A program made the translations under genes and the position numbers. A model generated the notes under the pieces. The model was not told the DNA's origin and ran no database searches. It saw only the letters and a list, made by a program, of their open reading frames with translations. A DNA stretch of 32,000 nt. Origin: Demequinaceae bacterium (lineage in GTDB: Bacteria > Actinomycetota > Actinomycetes > Actinomycetales > Demequinaceae). The stretch lies in the NCBI GenBank assembly GCA_965250005.1, contig OZ252279.1, forward strand, positions 210,001 through 242,000, read 5' to 3'. Shown here piece after piece: positions 17,904 to 28,405 of the stretch; the stretch's first letter is position 1, and every line of letters starts with the position of its first letter.

Positions 17904-19370
17904 GTGCCCTCAGCGCAGTGGATCCAGTTGGTGCTCATCGCGATCCTGACACTTATCGCGGCTGTGGCGGTGGCGCTAGCCCAACGCGAGGCACGCGCCG
18001 TACGGAAGGCAGTCGCAATTGAATCAAGTGAGATTCGCGAAGAGGCGCGGGCGCTACTGTCCCAGGCGCAACGGCGCGAAGAGCGCCTGGCTCTACGAGA
18101 GCGCGAAATCGCCGAAGATCAGCGGAACGCCGCCAAGTATGTCCGGGAGGTTGAGGCGCGCGTCGTCGTTGTCGCGCACGACGAGAAGCGCCTTGTTGCA
18201 GAGCATGACAGGTTCGCCAAGGAACGCGAGAAGGAACTGGGCGCAATTGCCGAGTTGAAGCCCAAGGACGCGAAAGTCGAGTTTCTCAAGCAGATCAAAG
18301 CGGGGGCGCAGGCCGAAGCCGCGGCAGAGTTCCGCAGAATCGCCAAGCGACTGAAGGACGAATCCTCTGAGCGTGCGCGCGAAGTGCTTGTTGCTGCCAT
18401 GCAACGTCAGGCAGGCGAGGCGACGAGCCAACAAAGCGTGACGTGGATCAACCTCCCGTCCGAGGAGATGAAAGGCCGCATCATCGGGCGCGAGGGGAGG
18501 AACATTCGCGCCTTCGAGGCACTCACAGGGGTCAACCTGATCGTCGAGGAGGGAGTGGACGCCGTCATGGTTTCCTCGTTCGATGTCGAACGCCGCGAGA
18601 TCGCGGTCGCGACGCTATCCGCGCTACTAGAAGACGGGCGCATCCAGCCGCAACGTGTGGAGGCCGCGTACGCCGCTGCGGTCGCGAGTGCTCCCGAGCG
18701 CAATCACGACGCTGGCCTCGACGCGGCCGAGACGGCGGGAGTTGCGGGACTTGGAGGCGATGTGATCGACGCGCTTGGCCGACTGCGTCTTAGAACGTCA
18801 GCCGGGCAGAACGTTCTCGCCCACCTGGTTGAGACCGCAGGGATCGCGGCCGAGATCGCCACCACGCTCGAGGCGAACCAGGAGCTTGCGCGCCGGGCTG
18901 CGTTTCTTCACGATATCGGAAAGGTCTACACCGGCGAGCGCGAGGGGACACACGCGGCGCTTGGAGCTGCTCTTGCCGATCAGCAAGGTGAGAGCGCGGA
19001 AGTCGTCAACGCAATCGCCGCGCACCATGACGAGATTGAGCCCGCCACGATCGAGGCAGTCATCGTTCAAATCGCCGATGCGGTGTCGGCGTCGCGGCCG
19101 GGTGCCCGCCGAGACGACGCCGAGGGCTATGTGGAACGCATCGGTGCGCTGGAGAAAGAACTCGGTGCGATCGACGGTGTGACGGAGGTATATGCAATGT
19201 CCGCCGGGCGCGAGGTTCGAGTAGCGGTCGAGCCCGACATGATTGACGATGACCAGGTGGCCGTGCTGGCGCGTACCATTGCTAAGCGCATCGATGACGA
19301 CCCGAAGTATCCGGGGGAGGTCAAGGTAACGGTGATCCGAGAGACGCGCGCGGACGCAGTTGCTGGATAG
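17904..19370 (+). CDS. rny: Ribonuclease Y
   Basis: N-terminal TM, long coiled coil, KH domain [31 protein letters not shown] domain [11 protein letters not shown] and C-terminus [18 protein letters not shown] is open upstream; GTG at 17904 is the likely start. Confidence 0.93.
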   Translation: MPSAQWIQLVLIAILTLIAAVAVALAQREARAVRKAVAIESSEIREEARALLSQAQRREERLALREREIAEDQRNAAKYVREVEARVVVVAHDEKRLVAEHDRFAKEREKELGAIAELKPKDAKVEFLKQIKAGAQAEAAAEFRRIAKRLKDESSERAREVLVAAMQRQAGEATSQQSVTWINLPSEEMKGRIIGREGRNIRAFEALTGVNLIVEEGVDAVMVSSFDVERREIAVATLSALLEDGRIQPQRVEAAYAAAVASAPERNHDAGLDAAETAGVAGLGGDVIDALGRLRLRTSAGQNVLAHLVETAGIAAEIATTLEANQELARRAAFLHDIGKVYTGEREGTHAALGAALADQQGESAEVVNAIAAHHDEIEPATIEAVIVQIADAVSASRPGARRDDAEGYVERIGALEKELGAIDGVTEVYAMSAGREVRVAVEPDMIDDDQVAVLARTIAKRIDDDPKYPGEVKVTVIRETRADAVAG

Positions 19371-19372
19371 GC

Positions 19373-20902
19373 ATGACACAGACCGCTGCGGCGGCGCCAA
19401 CGTACGTTGTCAGGACGCTGGGCTGTCAAATGAACGTGCACGACTCTGAGCACATGTCGGGGCTACTGGAGACCGCTGGCTACCGTCCCGCGGCGCCCGG
19501 AGAAAAGCTCGCCGACGTCGTCGTTATCAACACGTGTGCAGTGCGTGAGAACGCCGCCAACAAACTTTACGGCAGTCTTGGCATGCTTGCCCGCGACAAG
19601 AGAACGTGGCCGGGCATGCGAATTGCGGTGGGTGGTTGCCTGGCGCAGAAGGACCGTGGCGAGATCCTCGAACGCGCGCCCTGGGTTGATGTGGTGTTCG
19701 GCACGCACAACCTTGACGTTTTGCCGGTACTCCTCGAACGCGCGCGTCACAATGAAGAGGCGCAGGTGGAAATTGAGGAGAGTCTCAAGACCTTTCCGTC
19801 GACGCTTCCGTCGCGTCGTGACTCCATCGCATCCGGTTGGGTGTCCATATCGGTCGGGTGCAACAACACGTGTACTTTCTGCATCGTGCCCGCGCTGCGC
19901 GGCAAGGAACGGGACCGGCGTCCCGGCGACGTCCTTGCTGAGGTCGGCGCTCTAGTCGGGCAGGGCGCGGTAGAGGTGACGTTGCTGGGCCAGAACGTCA
20001 ACTCTTACGGCGTTGAGTTTGGGGACCGCGAAGCCTTCAGCAAGTTGCTTCGCGCGTGCGGTGAGGTAGAGGGCCTCGAGCGCGTGCGGTTCACGTCGCC
20101 GCATCCTGCCGCATTCACCGACGACGTGATCGCGGCGATGGCCGATACAGCGAACGTCATGCCCAGTCTTCACATGCCGCTGCAGTCCGGGTCCGACCGC
20201 ATATTGCGAGCGATGCGTCGTTCATATCGCTCGGACAAGTTTCTCCGCATCCTCGACAAGGTTCGTGATGCCATGCCGGATGCGGCTATCACCACCGACG
20301 TGATCGTCGGGTTCCCAGGCGAGTCTGAGGAGGATTTCTCGGAGACCCTGCGAGTGGTCGAGGCTTCGCGGTTCGCGTCAGCCTACACATTTCAGTACTC
20401 GCCGCGTCCCGGAACGCCGGCCGCAGACTTCGCTGATCAAGTGCCCAAGAACGTGGTTCAGGAGCGGTTCGAGCGCCTGCACGCGCTTCAAGAACGAATG
20501 TCTCTAGAGGGTAACCAGGAGCAAGTCGATCGTGTAGTCGAACTCATGGTGCTTGATGCGGGCGGCCGCAAGGACAAGGCCACGGCGCGCCTAAGTGGGA
20601 GGGCCGCTGACGGGCGAATGGTGCACTTCGCCGTACTGGCCAACGCCGATCTAACCCCGCGACCGGGGGACATAGTGACGGTTGGCGTGACTCAAGCTGC
20701 GCCACACCACCTGGTGGCTGACTCGGCTACTGTTGGGGGAACGTTTTCCGTTCGCGCTACGAGGGCGGGCGACGTGTGGGATCAGGTCCAAGCGGGCGAG
20801 CATACGCACACATCGGGAGGCTGTGGAGACGCGTGCGGCGCGAGTAACGCCGACAGTGCGATTGTGCTCGGGATACCGTCTCTTCGCCGCGTGGAGGCGT
20901 AG
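19373..20902 (+). CDS. miaB: tRNA-2-methylthio-N6-dimethylallyladenosine synthase
   Basis: [19 protein letters not shown], radical SAM motif [20 protein letters not shown]; C-terminal TRAM region plus a His/Cys-rich tail. Confidence 0.95.
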   Translation: MTQTAAAAPTYVVRTLGCQMNVHDSEHMSGLLETAGYRPAAPGEKLADVVVINTCAVRENAANKLYGSLGMLARDKRTWPGMRIAVGGCLAQKDRGEILERAPWVDVVFGTHNLDVLPVLLERARHNEEAQVEIEESLKTFPSTLPSRRDSIASGWVSISVGCNNTCTFCIVPALRGKERDRRPGDVLAEVGALVGQGAVEVTLLGQNVNSYGVEFGDREAFSKLLRACGEVEGLERVRFTSPHPAAFTDDVIAAMADTANVMPSLHMPLQSGSDRILRAMRRSYRSDKFLRILDKVRDAMPDAAITTDVIVGFPGESEEDFSETLRVVEASRFASAYTFQYSPRPGTPAADFADQVPKNVVQERFERLHALQERMSLEGNQEQVDRVVELMVLDAGGRKDKATARLSGRAADGRMVHFAVLANADLTPRPGDIVTVGVTQAAPHHLVADSATVGGTFSVRATRAGDVWDQVQAGEHTHTSGGCGDACGASNADSAIVLGIPSLRRVEA

Positions 20903-20911
20903 CCAATCGCG

Positions 20912-21853
20912 ATGGAAGGCACGGGCTCTGTGACCTCCATAATCGCGGTTGTTGGCGGCACCGCAACGGGAAAATCTGTGCTCGCCCTTGATCTGGCAGA
21001 GCGACTTGACGGCGAGATCATCAACGCAGACTCGATGCAGTTCTATCGGGGAATGGACATCGGAACCGCGAAGCTTCCGGCTGACGAACGGCGCGGGATT
21101 CCTCACTTTCAGCTCGACACGTTGGATGTGACGGAGGACGCCACGGTTGCCACGTATCAGAGAGATGCGCGCGCAGACGTAGACGCGATTCACGCGCGCG
21201 GCCGTAGGGCGATCGTGGTTGGCGGTTCGGGGCTGTACATTCGGGCGTTACTTGACCGGTTTGAGTTCCCCGCCACTAACCCGGCGATCCGCGAGCGCCT
21301 CGAATCGCGCGCGGAGATAGAAGGCCCTGGTGTGCTGTACCGAGAACTCGCCATCGCGGATCCCAAGGCGGCAGCCAAGATACAGCCACAGAATGCCAAG
21401 CGAATTGTGCGCGCCCTCGAAGTCATTGAGATCACTGGAGCACCTTTCTCGGCCTCTCTTCCGACCCGCGAGTATGTGGCCCCCGCGATTCAGGTGGGAG
21501 TGAGGCTTCCGTATAGCGACCTCGACCCACGAATTGATGCTCGTGTGCGCCGGATGTGGGACCTGGGACTCGTCGGCGAGACTCGGCGCCTGGTCGACGC
21601 CGGGCTGAAGTCGGGGACGACGGCTCGGCGAGCGGTGGGATACGCCGAGACTCTGCGGCACCTGGATGGGGAGCTCTCGGCTGAGCAGACGAAGGAGATG
21701 ATTGCTCAGCACACGCGGCGCCTGGCGCGCAGGCAGCATCGGTGGTTCGGCCCCGATTCGCGGGTTCGGTGGGTGGACGGCCCGGTCTCCGAGCGCGATC
21801 AGCAGCGGGTGGCGACGCAGGCACTCGAAGCAATCGCTAGCCTTGACGCATGA
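20912..21853 (+). CDS. miaA: tRNA dimethylallyltransferase
   Basis: IIAVVGGTATGKSVLALDLAERLDGEIINADSMQFYRGMDIGTAK; QHTRRLARRQHRWF. Confidence 0.95.
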   Translation: MEGTGSVTSIIAVVGGTATGKSVLALDLAERLDGEIINADSMQFYRGMDIGTAKLPADERRGIPHFQLDTLDVTEDATVATYQRDARADVDAIHARGRRAIVVGGSGLYIRALLDRFEFPATNPAIRERLESRAEIEGPGVLYRELAIADPKAAAKIQPQNAKRIVRALEVIEITGAPFSASLPTREYVAPAIQVGVRLPYSDLDPRIDARVRRMWDLGLVGETRRLVDAGLKSGTTARRAVGYAETLRHLDGELSAEQTKEMIAQHTRRLARRQHRWFGPDSRVRWVDGPVSERDQQRVATQALEAIASLDA

Positions 21854-22764
21854 CAAGCGAGACACTGCGCTTCACCAAGGGGCACGGCACGGAAAACGAC
21901 TTCGTGCTGCTCTTTGATGCGGATGGGCAGATTGACCTCACGCCAGACTTGGTTCGAGCGCTGTGCGACAGGCGCGGCGGTATCGGCGGCGACGGCGTGA
22001 TTCGGGCCGTTAGGGTTGGCAGTCTTGGCGCCGCCACGGGGAAGGCCAGTGCGATCAAGGGCCAGTCCAAGGACCGTTGGTTCATGGACTACTGGAATTC
22101 GGACGGTACGACCTCCGAAATGTGCGGCAACGGCATCCGCGTCTTTGCTGCGCTGCTTGAGCGTGATGCTGCGGAGGATCTATCAGGCGGTGTGGAAATC
22201 GCGACCCGGGGTGGCACGAGGTCGGTGCGGGCGCTTGGCGACGGAATCTACGCTGCGGATATGGGGCCATGGGCGATCCCCGGCGAGGGCGTCGCCGACG
22301 TTGATGTGTCGGTGCGCGGACTCGATGGCGTGCGTTCGGGTATCTCCGTGGACATGAGCAACCCTCACGCGGTGGTCGCCGTATCTTCCGAGGTAGAGCT
22401 AAGCCGCGCTGATCTGTCTACGGCGCCAGTTCTCGTGCCTGCGCCTTCAGCGGGCGCGAACGTCGAGCTCGTTGTGGCCTTGCGAACGGCGGGCGCGGCG
22501 AACGACGAAGGTGAGGCCGTGGGATTCGCGCGCATGCGCGTGCACGAGCGAGGCTCGGGCGAGACCCGTTCGTGTGGCACGGGCGCCTGCGCCGCGGCCC
22601 TCGCGGTCCACTTGTGGGCCGGGGCGGATTCACCTCGCATCTGGCACATTGATGTGACTGGCGGGCGCGTTACGGTTCGCATCGAGGACGCGCGAACCAT
22701 TTTGGAGGGTCCCGCCGTGCTGGTCGCAGATGGAGAAGTCTCGCTTGCAGCAATTGGTGCCTAG
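21850..22764 (+). CDS. dapF: Diaminopimelate epimerase
   Basis: FTKGHGTENDFVLLFD, MCGNGIRVFA, NPHAVV, ETRSCGTGACAAA; ATGA overlap with miaA. Confidence 0.96.
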   Translation: MTSETLRFTKGHGTENDFVLLFDADGQIDLTPDLVRALCDRRGGIGGDGVIRAVRVGSLGAATGKASAIKGQSKDRWFMDYWNSDGTTSEMCGNGIRVFAALLERDAAEDLSGGVEIATRGGTRSVRALGDGIYAADMGPWAIPGEGVADVDVSVRGLDGVRSGISVDMSNPHAVVAVSSEVELSRADLSTAPVLVPAPSAGANVELVVALRTAGAANDEGEAVGFARMRVHERGSGETRSCGTGACAAALAVHLWAGADSPRIWHIDVTGGRVTVRIEDARTILEGPAVLVADGEVSLAAIGA

Positions 22765-22782
22765 GCGGCGGCTGCTCGCGCT

Positions 22783-23430
22783 CTAGGGCGTACCTGGGCT
22801 GCGTGTGAATCGCAGGACTCGGAACCCCTTGGCGCTCGTGAGCTTTTCGATTTCCCCCCACGGGGTCCCGGCTGAGTCCCGCTGACTCGCGACCCACGGC
22901 ACCAGCGAGTCCGCGCCCAGATTTCTCTGCACCACTAGATGCGCGTCGGCGCCTGCCTTCAGGCGGGGGAGCCACGTGGCGAGGATGCCGTGCAGCGCTT
23001 CTTTGCCTACTCGGATGGGAGGGTTGGACCACACGGCGTCGAGGGCAAGGGATTCGGGCACCTCTGTTGGGGTGGCGACGGTGATCTGCGCCATCGGAAA
23101 TTTGCGGGCAAGAGTCTCCGCGTTCCTTCGGGTCAGGTCGAGCGCGCGCTCGTTGACGTCCACCGCCCACACGTGAGCATCTGGCGCTAGCAGGGCCATC
23201 GTGAGCGCGATCGGCCCCCATCCGCAGCCCACGTCGAGTAAATTGCCTGCTGGCGGTGGTGGAGTCGATCGCAACAGAACCGATGTCCCCAGGTCGATTC
23301 GCCCGGGGCTGAAGATGCCTCCCGCGCTCTCGAGCGCCAAGGTGTGGCCCGCGAGCGTGACAGTAAGCGGGCGGCGCTCGGACGGAGACGCCGGGTTCGC
23401 AGAAAAATAGTGATCTTCACTCACGAGCAC
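22783..23430 (-). CDS. Class I SAM-dependent methyltransferase (RsmC/RlmG-like)
   Basis: SEDHYFSANP...VTLAGHTLALESAGGIFSPGRIDLGTSVLL...LLDVGCGWGPIALTMA...AVDVNERALDLTRRN...DAVWSNPPIRVGK. ORF is open to 23532; start likely the GTG near 23430. Confidence 0.85.
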   Translation of the reverse strand: MLVSEDHYFSANPASPSERRPLTVTLAGHTLALESAGGIFSPGRIDLGTSVLLRSTPPPPAGNLLDVGCGWGPIALTMALLAPDAHVWAVDVNERALDLTRRNAETLARKFPMAQITVATPTEVPESLALDAVWSNPPIRVGKEALHGILATWLPRLKAGADAHLVVQRNLGADSLVPWVASQRDSAGTPWGEIEKLTSAKGFRVLRFTRSPGTP

Positions 23431-23478
23431 CGAGCGTACCTGTACCCCAGCGCGGTGAGACAATGGGCGCGAGGAACT

Positions 23479-24984
23479 ATGACACAACCAGAACTCGAAC
23501 CGCCCAGCGCGGACGATGTAACGCGCTCCCACGCACAGGATGTGGTCGAGCGAGTGTTGTCGCGCGCGGGAACAGAATTGTCCGACGCAGCACCGAGCGC
23601 GACTTCATATGACGGCGATCAACTTGAGCGCGAGGAACGGGCGGCGCTGCGTCGCGTGGCCGGCCTTTCCACGGAACTCCAGGACATTCACGAGGTTGAG
23701 TACCGCGAGGTCCGGCTCGAGCGCGTAGTGCTGTTGGGTCAGTTCCCTCAAGGCAAATTCCTCGAGGCCGAGGTGTCGCTTCGCGAGCTCGCCGCGCTCG
23801 CAAAGACAGCTGGATCCGACGTGCTCGACGGAGTCCTTCAGCGGCGCCCGCACCCTGACCCGGCGACCTACATCGGCTCAGGTAAGGCCAAAGAGGTCGC
23901 GGCGATCGTCGCTGAAACGGGTGCGGATACCGTCATCGTGGACGACGACCTCGCGCCATCTCAGCGACGCGCACTCGAAGATGTGATCCGCGTCAAGGTT
24001 GTAGACCGGACGGCGCTCATTCTCGACATCTTCGCCCAGCACGCTAAGTCCAAGGAGGGCAAGGCTCAAGTCGAACTCGCCCAGCTCGAGTACCTGTTGC
24101 CGCGATTGCGTGGCTGGGGAGATTCGCTTTCCAGGCAGGGCGGAGGCCGGGTTGCTGGGGGAATGGGCATTGGGGGCCGTGGGCCTGGCGAGACCAAAAT
24201 CGAGTTGGACCGCAGGCGAATCCGCACGCGTATGGCCATTTTGCGTCGCCAGATCAAGGGCATGGGGCCAGCCCGCCAGGTGCGCCGCAGCAGGCGCGAT
24301 CAACTTCCCAACGTCGCGATTATCGGGTACACAAACGCGGGAAAGTCTTCGCTACTCAACCGAATTACTGGAGCAGGTGCGCTCGTGGAAAATGCGCTGT
24401 TCGCCACGCTCGATCCAACAGTGCGAAAATCGCAGACGCCTGACGGGCGCGCGTTCACCGTGGCGGACACCGTCGGCTTCGTGCGCGACCTTCCCCATCA
24501 GTTGGTCGCGGCTTTTCAGTCGACGCTCGAGGAAGTTGCTCATGCTGATCTGGTGCTTCACGTCGTAGACGCCGCACACGCGGACCCGGAGGGGCAGATT
24601 GCTGCGGTCCGCGCGGTGCTCGACGAGGTTCCCGGCGCAACTGATGTCAAAGAAATCCTCGTTCTCAACAAGGTGGACCGGGCCAGCCCAGAGGCGCTCC
24701 TCCGTCTGGGCGCCCGCCCGGAAATGACTCTTGAGGTTTCCGCCCTTACCGGTGAAGGGATGACCGTGTTGCTAGCAGCCGTCGGGGCGGAACTCCCTGC
24801 CCCGGATGTGCACGTGAACGTGGTCGTTCCATACACGCGGGGCGACCTAGTGAGCGAGGCTCACGAACACGGAAACATTATTAGGGAGGAGCACCGCGAG
24901 GCCGGTACCCACTTGGAGGCGCTGGTGGAAGGCGCGCTCGCGGCACGCTTGAAGGCCGCTGCCGCACCAAATGAGACGGCGTGA
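23479..24984 (+). CDS. hflX: GTPase HflX
   Basis: MTQPELEP...; GRRVAGGMGIGGRGPGETKIELDRRRI and G1 motif VAIIGYTNAGKSSLLNRITGAG, DTVGFVRDLPHQLVAAFQSTLEE. Confidence 0.95.
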   Translation: MTQPELEPPSADDVTRSHAQDVVERVLSRAGTELSDAAPSATSYDGDQLEREERAALRRVAGLSTELQDIHEVEYREVRLERVVLLGQFPQGKFLEAEVSLRELAALAKTAGSDVLDGVLQRRPHPDPATYIGSGKAKEVAAIVAETGADTVIVDDDLAPSQRRALEDVIRVKVVDRTALILDIFAQHAKSKEGKAQVELAQLEYLLPRLRGWGDSLSRQGGGRVAGGMGIGGRGPGETKIELDRRRIRTRMAILRRQIKGMGPARQVRRSRRDQLPNVAIIGYTNAGKSSLLNRITGAGALVENALFATLDPTVRKSQTPDGRAFTVADTVGFVRDLPHQLVAAFQSTLEEVAHADLVLHVVDAAHADPEGQIAAVRAVLDEVPGATDVKEILVLNKVDRASPEALLRLGARPEMTLEVSALTGEGMTVLLAAVGAELPAPDVHVNVVVPYTRGDLVSEAHEHGNIIREEHREAGTHLEALVEGALAARLKAAAAPNETA

Positions 24985-25015
24985 GGGTACTCGCCCCGGC
25001 ACAAGGGCAGAGCGC

Positions 25016-26980
25016 GTGACCGAACGGCCCAGCACTGACGATGCTCCCGAGTCGCCCGACGCCACGAAGAATCTGCTTCAGCTCGCCATAGACGAACTCG
25101 GGGGAGAACGCCGTGCGGGCCAAGAGAACATGGCGACTGTGGTGGCGGACGCCTTTGTGGACGGAAGTGCTGCGCTCATTCAGGCGGGTACCGGCACAGG
25201 CAAGTCTCTGGGCTACCTGGTACCGGCTGTGGCGCGTGCGGTCCGGGAGGACGCGCGGATTGTCATCTCCACCGCGACGATTGCGCTTCAGCGCCAGGTG
25301 TTCCAGAGCGACCTTCCCCTGGTCGCAGATGCGCTTTCCGAGGAACTCGGGGGGAGACCGCGCGTGGCGCTTCTCAAGGGGCGCAACAACTATCTGTGCC
25401 GCCACAAGCTGGCGGGGGGCTATCCCGAGCCCGCGGACGAACTGTCGCTTGGCGAGGTGGCGGGGCCGTCCTCGGCTCTTGGCAGGGAAGTCGCGCGCCT
25501 GAACGAGTGGGCGAAGGACACCGGCACGGGGGATAGAGATGACCTGGTTCCCGGCGTGACAGGCCGCGCGTGGTCGCACGTGAGCGTCTCAGCGCGCGAG
25601 TGCTTGGGGCAGAAGTGCCCCCTAGTTACCGAGTGTTTCTCGGAGTTGGCGCGAGAAGAAGCGCGGGCGGCAAACGTCGTTGTGACAAATCACGCAATGC
25701 TGGCAATCAATGCCACTAGCCACGACGTGCTCGGGCCGCATGACGCGCTTGTCGTCGACGAAGCGCACGAGCTCACCGCGCGCATCACCCAGGCCGCCAC
25801 TGCCGAGTTGACGGTTGCCCGCGTGGACGCCGCTGCGCGCGCCACTCGCCGGTGTGGAATCTCCACAGAAGGGCTCGACGACGCGTCCCGTGCGCTCGAC
25901 CGTGCGTTCGATCGACTTGAGGTCGGCAGATTGCGCGGCGGCCTGCCTGAGGACCTCGCGCTGCCCATTGCGGCCGTGCGTGATAGCACGCGCGAAGCGA
26001 TCACCGCAGTGAAGGACAAGGCGGAAGAGGCGGGTGCCGCGGCCCAGTTGGCGGGCGCAGCGCTCTCTGAGGTTTTCGCGATGTGCGACACGGTGCTCGC
26101 CGACGAGGGAGGGCAGGTCATCTGGCTCGCGCCGCCGGACGGCGAATTCGACGCCACCATCCCGTCCCGATTGCTGGCGGCGCCGCTCAACGTAGCAGCG
26201 CTTGTTGGCGAGAATCTCGTTGGCGACCACGCCGCCGTGTTCACCTCGGCCACGCTGGCGCTTGGCGGGTCTTTCGCGTCTATGTCTTCCGCACTTGGTC
26301 TCGAGGACCCGGTGACGCTCGACGCGGGGAGTCCATTCGACTACGCCAAGCAGGGGATCCTTTACGTCGCCGCGCACCTCGAGCGTCCCGGTATGGGAGG
26401 CATCTCTGACGAGGCGCTCGATGAACTCGAGGCCCTCATCTCTGCCGCGGGTGGACGCACGCTGGGCCTGTTCTCGTCGCACCGTGCGGCTCAGGCGGCA
26501 ACCGAAGCAATTCGAGAGCGGCTCGACGTCCCGGTTTTCAACCAACTCGATGATCAGGTGTCCACGCTCGTATCCCAGTTCAGGGAGGACCCGCGAGCTT
26601 GCCTGTTTGGCTCCAAGACGTTGTGGCAGGGCCTCGACATTCAGGGCGAGACGTGCCAACTGGTGGTGATCGATCGGATACCGTTTCCGCGTCGGGACGA
26701 TCCCATCACGCAAGCACGATCCGAGGCGCTCGCGCGATCAGGCGGTAACGGCTTCATGGGCGTTTCGGCAGCGCACGCGGCGCTGCTGCTGGCGCAGGGC
26801 GCGGGAAGGCTGATCCGATCGGCGGAAGATCGCGGGGTGGTGGCCGTGCTCGACTCGCGGCTCGCTAGCGCGCGCTACGCATCCTTCCTCACGCGGTCGA
26901 TGCCCCAAATGTGGCCGACAACGGACCGCGAGAGCGCATTTCGGGCTCTCCGCAACCTGGACGGTTCGCAAACAAAGTAG
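25016..26980 (+). CDS. ATP-dependent DNA helicase, DinG/XPD-like superfamily 2
   Basis: LIQAGTGTGKSLGYLVPAV, NVVVTNHAMLAIN, LVVDEAHELT, GSKTLWQGLDIQGETCQLVVIDRIPF, QGAGRLIRSAEDRGVVAVLDSR. The ORF also allows a start at 24971. Confidence 0.92.
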   Translation: MTERPSTDDAPESPDATKNLLQLAIDELGGERRAGQENMATVVADAFVDGSAALIQAGTGTGKSLGYLVPAVARAVREDARIVISTATIALQRQVFQSDLPLVADALSEELGGRPRVALLKGRNNYLCRHKLAGGYPEPADELSLGEVAGPSSALGREVARLNEWAKDTGTGDRDDLVPGVTGRAWSHVSVSARECLGQKCPLVTECFSELAREEARAANVVVTNHAMLAINATSHDVLGPHDALVVDEAHELTARITQAATAELTVARVDAAARATRRCGISTEGLDDASRALDRAFDRLEVGRLRGGLPEDLALPIAAVRDSTREAITAVKDKAEEAGAAAQLAGAALSEVFAMCDTVLADEGGQVIWLAPPDGEFDATIPSRLLAAPLNVAALVGENLVGDHAAVFTSATLALGGSFASMSSALGLEDPVTLDAGSPFDYAKQGILYVAAHLERPGMGGISDEALDELEALISAAGGRTLGLFSSHRAAQAATEAIRERLDVPVFNQLDDQVSTLVSQFREDPRACLFGSKTLWQGLDIQGETCQLVVIDRIPFPRRDDPITQARSEALARSGGNGFMGVSAAHAALLLAQGAGRLIRSAEDRGVVAVLDSRLASARYASFLTRSMPQMWPTTDRESAFRALRNLDGSQTK

Positions 26981-27035
26981 CCAGTGACGGAGAGCCTTAG
27001 GAGATCACGAGCTCACTGTTCTGAGGCTAGGGCAG

Positions 27036-27785
27036 TTAGACCCGACGCAGCACCGATACGACCTTGCCCATGATTGACGCGTGATCGCCATCGATCGGCG
27101 CGTGCGCGGGGTTGTGCGGCATGAGCCACACGTGCCCGTCCTGGCGCTGAAACGTCTTGACTGTGGCCGAGTCGTCGAGCAGAGCTGCGACGATGTCGCC
27201 GTTTTGAGCGGTCTGCTGGCGGCGAACCACGACCCAGTCGCCGTCGCAAATGGCGGCGTCGATCATTGAGTCGCCGGTGACGCTGAGCATGAAGAGCTCG
27301 CCGTCACCGGTGAGCTGCTTGGGCAAAGCGAAGACGTCGTCGACCGCTTGGTCGGCGAGCATGGGGCCGCCGGCGGCGATACGCCCGACGAGCGGGACCA
27401 TGGTGACGTCTTCGCCGCCTCCCTCGACTCCGAGGAAGCGGTTTGCGGCCTCAACGACGGCCGACGATGTGCCCGTATCGAGGGCGTCCCGCTTGGTGGC
27501 TTCAGGGGTGACGACTTCAATAGCACGGGGGCGATTGGGGTCGCGGCGCAGGTAGCCCTTGGTCTCCAGCGCCTCCAGCTGATGCTTGACGCTCGAAGTG
27601 CTCGTGAGGCCGACGGCCTCGCCGATCTCGCGCATGGTGGGCGGGTAGCCGCGCTCGTGCACGGAAGACCTGATGGTCTCGAGAATGCGCTCCTGCCGCG
27701 AGGTGAGTTCAGCGCCCGTATGAACGTCAGGGAATTCGTGGATGGTTGCGCCGATGGCATCACCGGGTGCATTTTGCTCGTCCAT
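27036..27785 (-). CDS. lexA: SOS repressor LexA
   Basis: [65 protein letters not shown]; S24 peptidase motif [22 protein letters not shown]...[11 protein letters not shown]. Confidence 0.97.
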   Translation of the reverse strand: MDEQNAPGDAIGATIHEFPDVHTGAELTSRQERILETIRSSVHERGYPPTMREIGEAVGLTSTSSVKHQLEALETKGYLRRDPNRPRAIEVVTPEATKRDALDTGTSSAVVEAANRFLGVEGGGEDVTMVPLVGRIAAGGPMLADQAVDDVFALPKQLTGDGELFMLSVTGDSMIDAAICDGDWVVVRRQQTAQNGDIVAALLDDSATVKTFQRQDGHVWLMPHNPAHAPIDGDHASIMGKVVSVLRRV

Positions 27786-27876
27786 TTCCCGCTCTTTTCC
27801 GCTGGCTCCTGCAGGCTGCGTGTCAGACCCGCGTGTGCCTCTTGTGACATGACGTTAGGCCAAGAACACGCAGAAA

Positions 27877-27892
27877 TCAAACACCTGTTCGA
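27877..27892. promoter_or_regulatory. LexA box in the lexA upstream region
   Basis: TCAAACACCTGTTCGA; near-consensus palindrome 92 bp upstream of the lexA start codon. Confidence 0.75.
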
Positions 27893-27929
27893 GCGTGTCT
27901 TGCATTTCTACACACGCCCGTGCTACAAA

Positions 27930-27945
27930 TAGAACAGGTGTTCGA
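27930..27945. promoter_or_regulatory. LexA box 1 of a tandem pair upstream of the LysM gene
   Basis: TAGAACAGGTGTTCGA. Confidence 0.8.
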
Positions 27946-27960
27946 CGAACATACGTTCGA
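27945..27960. promoter_or_regulatory. LexA box 2 of the tandem pair upstream of the LysM gene
   Basis: ACGAACATACGTTCGA, matching the CGAACRNRYGTTYG core; shares one base with box 1. Confidence 0.9.
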
Positions 27961-27974
27961 ATAGGGGAGTGACC

Positions 27975-28325
27975 ATGTTGATGCAATCCGATGGGACCCT
28001 GACCCAGCGAGGGCGCCTGCTGCGCACGGCTGTTGGTCTTGCCGCAGCCGTCTCCGTCGTCGTGTTTGGGCCGCAGGCATTCGCGGACGACGCGCCTGGC
28101 GCTGGCGCTCCATCTAGTTTCGCCGTGCCCGACGCCGCCTCGAGCGCGGGAGAGTTCGACACGTACACCGTCGCCCAAGGGGAGACGCTGTGGACGATCG
28201 CGGACGCAGTTAGCGGCCCTGAACACAATGTACAAGACACAGTGCGCGCGATCATGGAGTTGAACGCGATGAGCTCTGCGTTCGTTGTACCGGGAGACCA
28301 AATCCTCGTGCCGCCGCTCGGATAG
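27975..28325 (+). CDS. Short LysM-domain protein with N-terminal membrane/signal segment; probable SOS-induced division inhibitor (DivS/YneA/ChiZ-like)
   Basis: [20 protein letters not shown] followed by [64 protein letters not shown] 27963-27969. A GTG start at 27969 is also possible. Confidence 0.82.
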   Translation: MLMQSDGTLTQRGRLLRTAVGLAAAVSVVVFGPQAFADDAPGAGAPSSFAVPDAASSAGEFDTYTVAQGETLWTIADAVSGPEHNVQDTVRAIMELNAMSSAFVVPGDQILVPPLG

Positions 28326-28405
28326 TTCCTGGCGGGTTGTCGGCAGCGAGGCATTCGGGCGAGTGCGCGTTCGTCCGCGCGCAGCATCCGTGCCAAGGTG
28401 GGGGC

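Noticed and set aside
25622-26713. 363-aa minus-strand ORF
   Set aside because: Antisense to the DinG-like helicase gene; shadow ORF.
26981-27035. Possible terminator between the dinG-like gene and lexA (cagtga...tcactg, agccttag...ctgaggct)
   Set aside because: The two inverted repeats interlock and have long loops or G-T pairs, so no stable hairpin could be supported by eye.
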